Assembly (NCBI GenBank): GCA_051532035.1
Contig: JAOPTW010000066.1
Coordinates: 1-60,806 of the forward strand
Origin: Fibrobacterales bacterium
GTDB taxonomy: Bacteria > Fibrobacterota > Fibrobacteria > Fibrobacterales > JAOPTW01
Length of the DNA stretch: 60,806 nt
Direction of reading: 5' to 3'
Below, in pieces: positions 18,658-28,234 of this stretch. The notes under the pieces are model-generated. The model was not told where the DNA came from. It saw nothing but the letters and a program-made list of their open reading frames with translations, and searched no databases. Position numbers and translations under genes: made by a program. Numbering within the stretch: the stretch's first letter is position 1; every line of letters starts with the position of its first letter.

Positions 18658-20636
18658 ATTATATCGCAAGTCCAATAGCGATTGCGATTTTCGCTATGTT
18701 TGTGGGCGTCGTACTGGGCCTTTCATTTTTCTTTGCACGTAAAGCTAAATCTTCTGCGGGTTATTTTGCTGCAGGAGGAACCATACATTGGTTTGTTAAT
18801 GGTGTTGCTTTTGCTGGTGACTATCTCTCGGCAGCTTCATTTCTCGGTATATGTGGAATGATTGCAACAATGGGGTATGATGGATTTCTCTACTCGATTG
18901 GTTATCTCGCAGGTTGGGTTGTCGCACTATTTGTTGTTGCTGAACCGATGAAACGTCTGGGCAAATTCACTTTTACTGATGCTCTTGATTCAAGATTTAA
19001 CTCAAAGAAAATACAGCTCATGGCTGCAATTTCAACACTGATGGTCTCCCTCTTTTATCTAATTCCACAGATGGTGGGGGCAGGAGTATTAGTAACGCCA
19101 CTTCTTGGACTCGATCACTGGATTGGAGTTGTTATGGTGGGTGCTATTGTAATATTTATTGTTGCAACAGCAGGAATGACCTCAACAACGTATGTACAGT
19201 TCTTGAAAGGTGGGTTGTTAATTATTTTTACAACCGTCATTACCTTTGTGGTACTCGATAAAGGACTTACTACAAAACCGAAAACTGGTGTTTTTATGCC
19301 AACCTATATTGATGTTGTAGTCAATGATGGTGTGGTAGCTTTTCCCCAGGCGATGGTAGTAGCTAATGAAGCTGGAAATTCTGCAAGTATTCCTGCCGTA
19401 GTTCCTGAGAATCCTTATTCCGTAATCCTTCAAAAGAAAGATGTTAAATCAGGAAAGATATTTGTCAAAACTCAAAAAGAGGGTGTTGATGGGTGGTGGC
19501 TACTTGTTGAGTCAGATGCGGGTGCAAAACTTGAGCAAACTCAGTTTAAGACCATAAAAAAAGATGGTGCAGCATGGTATAACGGAGCGCCCAAAGAAGA
19601 GGGTAAAATGCAGGCGGTAGGGTATCTCACTAAAATAGTGGTAGATGGTAAAGAGGTCGAAGAGACCGGTTCACTTGGTCTTCTTGAATATTTCTCTACA
19701 CTCAATAATACCGAAGTTGTTCGTTATCCTAAGCTTAAAAGAGCGAAATTTGTTGATGGTGAAGAGAGTGTGACACTCTTTGTGCCTGAGATTACCAAAG
19801 GTGAAGATTTTATGGTTCCTGGTCAAAAGTTTGAAACAAAGTCTGGCATGGGTAAAATAAATTTTATCTCTCTTATGATGGCACTCTTTTTTGGAACAGC
19901 GGCCCTCCCACATATTCTCATTAGGTACTACACGGTTCCGTCTCAGCGTGATGCACGAAAATCAACTATTGTTGCAATTGCAGGTATTGGTTTCTTTTAT
20001 GTACTCACACTCTTTTTAGGTCTCGGTGCCATGACTTCTGGGGTTATTGATGTTGAATCAGGTAACATGTCGGCGCCCCTCTTGGCAAAGGCATTTAGTC
20101 TAACCCTCTTCTCAATAATTTCTGCTATAGCTTTTGCAACAGTACTGGGTACGGTCTCAGGGTTAATTGTTGCTTCGTCTGGTGCTGTAGCACACGACTT
20201 GATGGATAACTATCTTGGAATTAAAATGACGGACCAGGGTAAGGTTAAAGCAGGGAAGATAGCTGCTTTTGCAGTAGGTATTATTGCCATATTTCTTGGA
20301 ATCGCATTTAAAGGTATGAATGTTTCGTTTCTCGTTGGGTGGGCATTTGCGGTCGCTGCATCGGCAAACTTACCATCCATAATAATGCTCCTCTTTTGGA
20401 AGAAAACAACGGCAAAAGGTATTGCATGGTCAATTGGGGTAGGTATGATTGCTGCATTATCAATTATTCTTATCTCGCCGAGTATGTATATAAAATATGG
20501 ATTTGATCCGAGTACTGCAATACTTGGACTCGATAATCCGGGTATTATATCAATACCGCTTAGTTTTTTAACACTCATAGTAGTGTCTCTTAAAACTCAA
20601 AAAGATAATGAAGGACTTGCTCCTCTCGATAAATAG
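18654..20636 (+). CDS. actP: cation/acetate symporter ActP-like (sodium:solute symporter family) with a large soluble insertion
   Basis: NGVAFAGDYLSAASFLG, YLIPQMVGAG, GMTSTTYVQ, GTAALPHILIRYYTVP, AFATVLGTVSGL, AFAVAASANLP. Confidence 0.88.
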   Translation: MNYIASPIAIAIFAMFVGVVLGLSFFFARKAKSSAGYFAAGGTIHWFVNGVAFAGDYLSAASFLGICGMIATMGYDGFLYSIGYLAGWVVALFVVAEPMKRLGKFTFTDALDSRFNSKKIQLMAAISTLMVSLFYLIPQMVGAGVLVTPLLGLDHWIGVVMVGAIVIFIVATAGMTSTTYVQFLKGGLLIIFTTVITFVVLDKGLTTKPKTGVFMPTYIDVVVNDGVVAFPQAMVVANEAGNSASIPAVVPENPYSVILQKKDVKSGKIFVKTQKEGVDGWWLLVESDAGAKLEQTQFKTIKKDGAAWYNGAPKEEGKMQAVGYLTKIVVDGKEVEETGSLGLLEYFSTLNNTEVVRYPKLKRAKFVDGEESVTLFVPEITKGEDFMVPGQKFETKSGMGKINFISLMMALFFGTAALPHILIRYYTVPSQRDARKSTIVAIAGIGFFYVLTLFLGLGAMTSGVIDVESGNMSAPLLAKAFSLTLFSIISAIAFATVLGTVSGLIVASSGAVAHDLMDNYLGIKMTDQGKVKAGKIAAFAVGIIAIFLGIAFKGMNVSFLVGWAFAVAASANLPSIIMLLFWKKTTAKGIAWSIGVGMIAALSIILISPSMYIKYGFDPSTAILGLDNPGIISIPLSFLTLIVVSLKTQKDNEGLAPLDK

Positions 20637-20656
20637 AGTAAAACAGTCTTTTCTTT

Positions 20657-20692
20657 AAAAAACAGCAGCCTTTTGTAGGTTGCTGTTTTTTT
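20657..20692 (+). terminator. Rho-independent terminator after actP
   Basis: AAAAAACAGCAGCCT...AGGTTGCTGTTTTTTT. Confidence 0.8.
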
Positions 20693-20794
20693 GTGTCTGC
20701 TCACTCAGTGTGAGCACTTATCCCTCATAAATATGATGGTATCATGAATACTCTATAAAATTAAGGTAGTTTTTAAAGATATGAGGAGATAGAG

Positions 20795-22402
20795 ATGAAG
20801 AAAGTACTTTTTTTGAGTTTGTTTATAGGCGGTGTTATTTTAGCGCTAACTAGTTGTTTTTCTGTAGATACCGAAGAGGGTGGCGAACAACCCTTGAGTA
20901 GCGCTATATTGGATATAAGCAGTGTCGGGAGTAGTGCTGAAAAAGTATTGGTTGAGAACTCAAGCGACATAAGTAACGCAGGGTCATCAGAGGAACATGA
21001 TGACTCCTCAAATGAACAGTGTGATGAAATCATTGCATGTGTTCCAACAATTGGGACGATAGTATTTGAATATGAAAGTGGTGATACTGCTCTACTCATA
21101 AAAGGGAATTCTATTACTCAATACGATTTTACGGGTAACGTTGATGTTATGTATGTGTCGGATGAGACTATTGGTCAAGAATTTGGTTTTACAGAAGGTG
21201 AGGGAGAGAGCTACGAGCTTGAACTTCCTGAAAGGAGTGAAGGCGAGATTAAGGGGGTCGAAGTTGTTTTTTGGGATGACAATGGGCGTCGAAGTTATAT
21301 GATTCCTGTTGATATCTCGGCTGATGATCCCTGTGTGTCGTGGTGTCTTTTGGTAGTAAAGCCCATTGTATTTCCTGTTGAAGAGGAATTTCGATTGGGC
21401 ACTCGTGAAGATCAGTGTCGGTCATACAATTATGGTTCCTGTCCAGAGTCATGTGAAGAGCACTGTACTTCATCTGGATGTAGTTATTCTGCAGAATCAG
21501 GCGACTGGGCGTGTGATGCGGATTGTGGAGGTATTGGTTCTTGTGTTGAAAAGCGGTCGCTGGCTCTTGTAGAGCTACAAGAAAATCGAGCGTTATGGAA
21601 TAGATCTGTTGGAGAGACAGCGAGAAGGGTTACGTATTCCGTTTTTAAAGGGTGTAATTGTATGCCAGAATCAACGGGTCCTTTTGATGTGAGTGCAGCG
21701 GGTAATGCAGTTCATAGAATATTTAATACAGTAAATGAGCGCGAATATTTTTCGGATGGCAGTGCTTTTATGTCATTTGATGGGTTAGCGGATGTTGATT
21801 TCCTCCAGCTCAGTGTAGATGACCTCTTTCAAGAAATTGAAGATGAATTCAAACGATTAGAGTCCGAAGAGTATATCGAAGAGAATAGTGAATATAAAGG
21901 GGTAGAGTATCATTCAGAATATGGGTATCCTGTGAAAGTCAATATCGGGCCTACGGAAGTTGATGGCGGTCTAAGTTTTTCTATAGATAGCATGGACATC
22001 GATGTTGACCCGAGGCCAATTCTAGATTCTATTGAAATGGCCTACAAAGAGTGGGTTTATGAAACGGGTGGTAATGCAACCTATACTTTTTATCGGTCAT
22101 GTTTTTGTCTCATCGAAGATACTGGGCCGTTTATTGTAACTATACAGGATAATGAGGTGACGAATGTTGAATATAATGGCATGCAAAAAATTGTAGTAAC
22201 GGTAGATCTAGAACGTTATTCTGATTTTAGTATTATGGAATTGTTCTCAGATATTGATAGTGCTATTGAAGATAGGCCTTATGGTTTTTCAGTGAATTAT
22301 GATAAAGAATTTCCATTTCCCATTCAATTTAATCGTTCAATGAGTCCCATGATTGCCGATGCGGGTTTTAGTGTTACCATAAGTGATATTGTTCAAAAAT
22401 AG
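20795..22402 (+). CDS. acidic lipoprotein with Cys-rich segment and two DUF6174-like repeats
   Basis: lipobox LTSC; two repeats of CxC..(S/D)TGPF.V...Y...(YGYP/FPFP); 8-Cys segment before the repeats. Confidence 0.7.
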   Translation: MKKVLFLSLFIGGVILALTSCFSVDTEEGGEQPLSSAILDISSVGSSAEKVLVENSSDISNAGSSEEHDDSSNEQCDEIIACVPTIGTIVFEYESGDTALLIKGNSITQYDFTGNVDVMYVSDETIGQEFGFTEGEGESYELELPERSEGEIKGVEVVFWDDNGRRSYMIPVDISADDPCVSWCLLVVKPIVFPVEEEFRLGTREDQCRSYNYGSCPESCEEHCTSSGCSYSAESGDWACDADCGGIGSCVEKRSLALVELQENRALWNRSVGETARRVTYSVFKGCNCMPESTGPFDVSAAGNAVHRIFNTVNEREYFSDGSAFMSFDGLADVDFLQLSVDDLFQEIEDEFKRLESEEYIEENSEYKGVEYHSEYGYPVKVNIGPTEVDGGLSFSIDSMDIDVDPRPILDSIEMAYKEWVYETGGNATYTFYRSCFCLIEDTGPFIVTIQDNEVTNVEYNGMQKIVVTVDLERYSDFSIMELFSDIDSAIEDRPYGFSVNYDKEFPFPIQFNRSMSPMIADAGFSVTISDIVQK

Positions 22403-22548
22403 CCAACAGTCGCTGTTTTGTTGATTTGTTAAAATGAGTTTTGTATAAGACTCATTATTAATGGGTTATATGGGGACGTTGTTTTCTTTTAACTTGTATT
22501 TTCCAATTTATAATGAAATCATATACATGAATGAAATTTGGTGCGTAT

Positions 22549-22731
22549 ATGATATCACACTCCTTAGTGACTTGTCCTCATTGTGGGGCAAAATCGGAAT
22601 TGAGCTTAGTCAAAAAAGCAGAACTTTTGGAATACATTTGTGATACGTGCAATAAGTGGGTGCACACTCCTAAAAATTGTTGTTGTATCTATTGTTCATT
22701 TGGAACAGTCCCTTGTGCTGTTGGGCAATAA
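22549..22731 (+). CDS. small Cys-rich GDCCVxC-family metal-binding protein
   Basis: TCPHCG...YICDTC...KNCCCIYCSFGTVPC; 9 Cys in 60 aa. Confidence 0.75.
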   Translation: MISHSLVTCPHCGAKSELSLVKKAELLEYICDTCNKWVHTPKNCCCIYCSFGTVPCAVGQ

Positions 22732-22753
22732 GGGACCAGTTGTGAGTAATACA

Positions 22754-25282
22754 TTAGCGGCCGAAATGGAGCTGCATGTCACCAAAAATAATAACTGAGT
22801 CATCATCGCCAGACCAGCCCGCTCGAACAGAAGCTATGTATTCCAAGTCAAAGGGGCCAAGGTCAAATGTTTTTGTGTGCCTCAAGCCAAGTCCATAACG
22901 CGTTTCAGAGAGTGCGCCATTAAAGATGATCGCATCTTTCCAGAACGTTGGGCCAAACCAGAAGCCATACTTTATGGGGAACCAGGTTTCGATTTGTAAT
23001 AAGAGATTCATGTTCGTGTCATCTTTAAACTCGTTTATTGCTAGATCAAGATTTTCTGGGACAATATTTGTGGTGTTTATCTCGTCGGTAAGTACATTTA
23101 CAGAATCCATACACGCAATTACTCGTCCTTTTGCTTCGTTAAGGTCACGTTCATCTAGGTCCTGTTTGTAGCGCTCATTACATTGAGAATATTGTGTAAC
23201 AATTGCTTGTACTGAATCAACTTCACCAAAGCCGGCGGTGTCAGTTAAGACATAGGCGTGCTTAGCAAAAAATTGTAGGTTGTATTCAAAGACCCATGGG
23301 GCGCCATCTCTATTAGTGTATTTACCTGAGGTTTGAAGAAGGAGTCCGCCGGTAATGAGGCCCGGCTTTAGATATCTAAAAGTGATACCGGCACCAATAT
23401 TTAAAAAAGTCCCTTGGGCAGCGTTTTGTTCTCCAAGGAGGTTTGCCTCTGCGGTAACGAAGGGTGCTGATTTGCTGTAGAGTTTCTTAACATTTAACGA
23501 TTGGATATCAGGCACGTAAAGGCCAAATCGGCTTGATCCATTGCGATACGCGACATGGAGTGGAATTCTATTGGCAAGATATTTGGAGCTGATATCAACG
23601 CCATCCCATTTACGATCTTTAGGAATCACTTCATAAGAGATGCGTTGTCGGCCAGTCTGCCCTCCGGCATCCTCTGCGGAAAATTCATAGACATGGCGCC
23701 CTATTTTCTGAGTATTGAGTGGGATATAGGTTCCATTCCATAAGAGTGGGGTGCCCGTTCCATCAAGTGCTTCCATGAGTACAATAGGGTCATTTTCAAG
23801 ATCGGTAACTGCTGGTTGGTAAGAGACTACTTGGTCTTCAGTAAAAACTCGTGCAGAAAGTGAACTTGAAAATTGTGGTGGGGTGTTTTTAAGAACGACT
23901 AATAACTTAGTTGTTTCAAATGATGAGCCATCAATTTTAAATTTTGTTTTGAGGGTGCAGAGTCCAGGATTACGAGGCTCGATATAGAGACTCCCTTCTC
24001 CAGTGGTATTGTCAATTGAATAGCTGGTGCTGTCTGATCCGGTAATTGATTGCATGGTGATGCGTTGACCAAGCCAGAGGGAGTCAGGCCATGAATATTT
24101 ACGACCTTGCATGAGAGTATCAAGGGGAAGGTTGAGTGTTACTCCCTTTGCTTCGAGGGCTTTTTTAGGAGACAAAATTTTCAGTTTAAATTGCCGGATA
24201 TCTTTTCCGCCTAGAGGGTCGGTCACCTTCATCTCAAATTCTACACGTTCATGAGGAATAGAGTCAATACTCTTTTTACCCCAGCTAAAGGTGAGATTTG
24301 TTTTGTCAAATACCATACCGGGGGGGAGTTTACGTACAGCTACAGAAAGTTCTTCCGCGGGGTGATCAGGGTCTGCAAGGACAGGGGTAAAGCTCCAAGG
24401 TTGGTCATTGGCTACTTCCCCAGCGGGAGTATTGGCAATGATTGGAGGGCGGTTCTTCCGTACGGTGAGAGAAAAAGCAAGGAGATCTGTTTTTTTTGCA
24501 CTGTTTTTGACACTGACTTTAATGGGGTAGGTCCCCTCTTTAGTAGGCGCCCCTGTTAGGGTGTGGTTCTTTTTGCTCCAAGTTATCCCTTTGGGCAGTG
24601 CCCCTTTTAATGTGTAGGTGAGTTCGCTTTGTGGATTGCCAGGGTTGATCGCCCATACTTGCCACTTAAATTTTTGATCTTTAAATATTCGTTTGGCGGG
24701 GGCGATTGAAATTATTTGAGGCTTTCCTTCGGGGTTTCTGGCGATAACTTTAGTGAAGTCAATCGCTTTCATGAGTTCTTTGGGGGCGAGTATGGTCATT
24801 TGATCATTGTCAAAGCGAAGAACCATTTCTAGAGCATTGGGGGTGTAGGTAAAGTAAGACTCTAAAATACTGAGTAGTTCACCGCCAAGTCGATACCCTT
24901 TCTGTTCTTGTTTGCTCGGAACGGTATTTCCTCTCGATTTCCATACTTTCGACTCTGATTTTGCTTGGAGGTGGAGGACGGGGATTTTGGCGAGCTGCCG
25001 AAGAATTTTATCAGTCTTCATGGTCTCCCAAATTTTAGCATCGATAAGGATGACTTTATCTTTAAAGCGAATGATATCTTTCTGCTGAACACCTTTTCTA
25101 AAATCGCGAATTAAAAAGAGTGGCTCGCCGGTAGCGCGTAATCTACTGGCAAAAATCTGGGCGGTTTTTTTGTTTTTAAGGCGGAGAATGCCAAAATGGC
25201 TCAGGACATCACTTTCTTCAAAGCCGTTTTGAGAAAAGACAAGGGTTTGTAATATGAGGAGTACACAAATGATAATTTTCAT
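22754..25282 (-). CDS. exported protein with putative Ig (He_PIG/cadherin-like) repeats and a probable C-terminal beta-barrel
   Basis: signal peptide; LPKGITW..TLTGAPT, NRPP, DPD, LPPGM, TDPLGG, NTPPQF repeats; C-terminus ends MQLHFGR. Confidence 0.7.
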   Translation of the reverse strand: MKIIICVLLILQTLVFSQNGFEESDVLSHFGILRLKNKKTAQIFASRLRATGEPLFLIRDFRKGVQQKDIIRFKDKVILIDAKIWETMKTDKILRQLAKIPVLHLQAKSESKVWKSRGNTVPSKQEQKGYRLGGELLSILESYFTYTPNALEMVLRFDNDQMTILAPKELMKAIDFTKVIARNPEGKPQIISIAPAKRIFKDQKFKWQVWAINPGNPQSELTYTLKGALPKGITWSKKNHTLTGAPTKEGTYPIKVSVKNSAKKTDLLAFSLTVRKNRPPIIANTPAGEVANDQPWSFTPVLADPDHPAEELSVAVRKLPPGMVFDKTNLTFSWGKKSIDSIPHERVEFEMKVTDPLGGKDIRQFKLKILSPKKALEAKGVTLNLPLDTLMQGRKYSWPDSLWLGQRITMQSITGSDSTSYSIDNTTGEGSLYIEPRNPGLCTLKTKFKIDGSSFETTKLLVVLKNTPPQFSSSLSARVFTEDQVVSYQPAVTDLENDPIVLMEALDGTGTPLLWNGTYIPLNTQKIGRHVYEFSAEDAGGQTGRQRISYEVIPKDRKWDGVDISSKYLANRIPLHVAYRNGSSRFGLYVPDIQSLNVKKLYSKSAPFVTAEANLLGEQNAAQGTFLNIGAGITFRYLKPGLITGGLLLQTSGKYTNRDGAPWVFEYNLQFFAKHAYVLTDTAGFGEVDSVQAIVTQYSQCNERYKQDLDERDLNEAKGRVIACMDSVNVLTDEINTTNIVPENLDLAINEFKDDTNMNLLLQIETWFPIKYGFWFGPTFWKDAIIFNGALSETRYGLGLRHTKTFDLGPFDLEYIASVRAGWSGDDDSVIIFGDMQLHFGR

Positions 25283-26781
25283 TAGTCTACCTCACTTATT
25301 GCGTCATAGTTAAAAAAGAAGGTGAGTTTCGCTTGCAAAATATAATACTCGTAGTTGTGATACATTATAGCCCCATAAAATTGAGGTGAATAGAGGTCAA
25401 TGGCGTAGTTGGCTACACTAAATGAGGTAAACATCGAAGGGCTTGATTCAACAAAGACATGCGGGACCCATTGGTATTTACTGTTGGTAATTCCGAAACC
25501 CCATTGTCCCCAGATTGCAGGGAGGTCTTTAATTGAAAAAGTGTGTATTGGACGTTGATAGATGTCACCATCAACAACTAAGAGGTAGTTAAAAATACCA
25601 AATTTCACTTTAATGTTGTGCGAGTAGTTACTCGAAAGGTCCTCTGAGTGTATGTCGGCGAAGCTGTTGAGAGAGACGTTTGTGGTATCCATTGTGGTGT
25701 CACGCTTCAGCTTATGAATGTTGTATTCTGTTTGACGAAAATTTTGATCAGTTTCCAACCAATAATAATCGGGTATGGGATACGGGTCATATTTTATTTC
25801 ATATTGAATAAAGTGGGTTCCTGCTTTGAGGCTGTATCCATATTTTTTGTAGTTATTGCCATAGAGAGTTCTGAGGGTGTCCATAAAAGCAAAGCTATAC
25901 TCGGGGCCAAACATTTCACCTTCGTAATCATGGAGTTTAAAGCTTCCACCAAAATAGAGGTGTTTGTTTCGGTGGAGAAAAGAGAGTTCAAGAGATGAGT
26001 TGTACCAATAAAAGTCATGATTGAGTCGCTCTAGCTCATAAGTGAGGTCAAGTTGTACGCCCGATTTCCAGTATCCAAATTCGATAATTCGATCAAGAGT
26101 AAACATGTCGGTTATTGATGTCTGTTCAGTCCCTGAATCATCAGTCATAACATCTACGGGTGATCTTCGAAAGAAGGTGGGGTTTTGGTCCAAAAAAATT
26201 TGGGTTGATTGAGCATTGACGCGACAGATCTCTGTTCCATTTTGTAGGATGATAATACGTTTCGGTGTTTCAAATGAGAGGGAAAGTTCTAAGAAGCCTG
26301 CGAGAGCATACTCTGGTGAGAGTTGTCTGTTTGCTAATTTCCTCACAAGTAATGTGTCGGTAACCCCTATAGTACGATAGGTGTAGTTTTTGTCGGGGCC
26401 TGAACGTTTTATACTTTTACGATTGTTTTTTGGGATAGTAGTAGTGATAGGGGCGGCAAGGACGGGGGCGTCATTTTCTTCTTCCCGGTCAAGGCCAAGT
26501 TCTTTGTTGAGCGAGTCGTAGGCTTTGGCTGCATTTTGGGCTCGTGTGGTGGAGTTTATCTTAAAGGTTTCTGGTGGGCTGTCAGTAGAGTTGTCGGAAG
26601 AAGAGGGAGGTTGTTTCTCTTCAAAAGGAATAGGTGCTGGAACCCCTGTTTCGTTTTGTGAAACTTGTAGGTCAGATACATCATTGTGAAAATCAACAAC
26701 CTGACTATAAACAGGAGTACAAAGGGCACTGAGTAGACCCAAAAGAAAAAGGCTTTTAAGTGAAAATTTTGATAAAGGCAT
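25282..26781 (-). CDS. hypothetical exported/outer-membrane protein
   Basis: signal peptide from MPLSKF, low-complexity linker, aromatic-rich beta-strand C-terminal half; TAATG coupling to the downstream gene. Confidence 0.6.
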   Translation of the reverse strand: MPLSKFSLKSLFLLGLLSALCTPVYSQVVDFHNDVSDLQVSQNETGVPAPIPFEEKQPPSSSDNSTDSPPETFKINSTTRAQNAAKAYDSLNKELGLDREEENDAPVLAAPITTTIPKNNRKSIKRSGPDKNYTYRTIGVTDTLLVRKLANRQLSPEYALAGFLELSLSFETPKRIIILQNGTEICRVNAQSTQIFLDQNPTFFRRSPVDVMTDDSGTEQTSITDMFTLDRIIEFGYWKSGVQLDLTYELERLNHDFYWYNSSLELSFLHRNKHLYFGGSFKLHDYEGEMFGPEYSFAFMDTLRTLYGNNYKKYGYSLKAGTHFIQYEIKYDPYPIPDYYWLETDQNFRQTEYNIHKLKRDTTMDTTNVSLNSFADIHSEDLSSNYSHNIKVKFGIFNYLLVVDGDIYQRPIHTFSIKDLPAIWGQWGFGITNSKYQWVPHVFVESSPSMFTSFSVANYAIDLYSPQFYGAIMYHNYEYYILQAKLTFFFNYDAISEVD

Positions 26782-26969
26782 ACTAACTCGCGTAAGATGT
26801 GAATGTAGATTCAAGTGGCGACAAATCAAGGGGTTGTGCCTATGAAACAGATCAAAAAAATATAGAAAAGAGAACTCAAATACAAAGTTGTAGGTAGGAA
26901 AAAGGTAAGCCAACATCGTCATTACCGTTTAAATGTGTCAATTAATCTGGCATTAACTATTTTTGTGTT

Positions 26970-28226
26970 ATGAAGATACAAGAAACAGAATTAGATAACG
27001 GGGTAACGGTCATTACCGAAGAGGTCCCCGGGTACCATTCCGCAGCAGTTGGGATTTGGATAGATGTTGGTTCTCGGGACGAAAAGCCCGAGGTAAATGG
27101 TATATCTCATTTTTATGAGCATATGGTATTTAAAGGAAATGAACACCGAACAGCCCTCGAAATCGTGCAAGAGATTGAGTCTCGTGGAGGGTATATTAAT
27201 GCCTATACATCAAAAGAAAACACCTGTATCTATGCAAAGGTGGTAAAGCACGATATTGATCGAGCTACCGAAATTGTTTGTGACATGGTTAATAGCTCCG
27301 AGATGAATGAGAAAGAAATCAAAAAAGAGCGACAGGTTATTATTGAAGAGATTCGTAGCTCTGAGGATGCCCCTGATGAGGTGGTCCACGACTTTTTTTC
27401 TGAAGCAGTGTGGGGAGGACAGTCATTAGCACAGCCTATAGCGGGCACTCTTAAAAGTGTGCGAGGTATTGGGCGCAATGAACTGTTAAGACATCAGAAA
27501 AGAGTAAATACACATTCAAGGATTGTTGTTGCAGCTGCAGGAGCAGTTGATCATGAGACAATGCTTGCGATTGTTACAGAACGCCTCTATAAACAGAAAA
27601 AAGCGGTTAAGCCTAAACGGAGTTGGAAAGAATCTCCTGTGAAACATATCGTGCGTCGTCGTGAAATACAACAGTGTCATGTAGTACTTGGCTCTCAAAT
27701 TAAATTAAAAGATGATGAAGAAAAACTCGCACTCTATCTTTTTAATGTGATTTTTGGTGATGGGATGGCGTCAAGACTTTTTCAAAAAGTAAGAGAAGAG
27801 CTTGGACTCGTCTATTCAATTTATACGTCTATAGACAGCTACGACAACTCCTATGGGTTTAGTATTGCCTTTAGTTCAGATGAAAAAGGTGCCCATAAAA
27901 CTCTTGAAGTTGTTGGACGAGAGATTGCCCTTATTGTTGCTGAAGGGGTTACTGAAGCTGAGTTGGAATTTGCTAAAAGGTCGATTACAGGGTCTCTTCT
28001 TTTGAAAGTAGAGTCAACTACTTCGCGTATGACCCGACTTGCAAGGCAAGTGATCAAAGATCTTCCTCGTGAGTCTCTGGATGAAACGGTAGAGAAGGTG
28101 TTGGCCGTTAAGCCTGAGGCTGTATCACGAGTCATTAAAAAACTCTTTCAGTCTCAACGTTGGGGTAGTGCTGCAGTGGTGCCTAAAGGGGTGTCATTGA
28201 GAGTTAAACAGTATCTTAACTTCTAG
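26970..28226 (+). CDS. M16 family (pitrilysin-like) zinc peptidase
   Basis: GSRDE, inverted zinc motif HFYEHMVFKG, NAYTSKE, SRLFQKVREELGLVYSI. Confidence 0.93.
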   Translation: MKIQETELDNGVTVITEEVPGYHSAAVGIWIDVGSRDEKPEVNGISHFYEHMVFKGNEHRTALEIVQEIESRGGYINAYTSKENTCIYAKVVKHDIDRATEIVCDMVNSSEMNEKEIKKERQVIIEEIRSSEDAPDEVVHDFFSEAVWGGQSLAQPIAGTLKSVRGIGRNELLRHQKRVNTHSRIVVAAAGAVDHETMLAIVTERLYKQKKAVKPKRSWKESPVKHIVRRREIQQCHVVLGSQIKLKDDEEKLALYLFNVIFGDGMASRLFQKVREELGLVYSIYTSIDSYDNSYGFSIAFSSDEKGAHKTLEVVGREIALIVAEGVTEAELEFAKRSITGSLLLKVESTTSRMTRLARQVIKDLPRESLDETVEKVLAVKPEAVSRVIKKLFQSQRWGSAAVVPKGVSLRVKQYLNF

Positions 28227-28234
28227 GACTTCGA

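Noticed and set aside
22549..22731. Selenocysteine in the GDCCVxC protein or in the YeeE GGGCG tail
   Set aside because: All Cys codons are TGT/TGC and both ORFs end in TAA; there is no in-frame TGA
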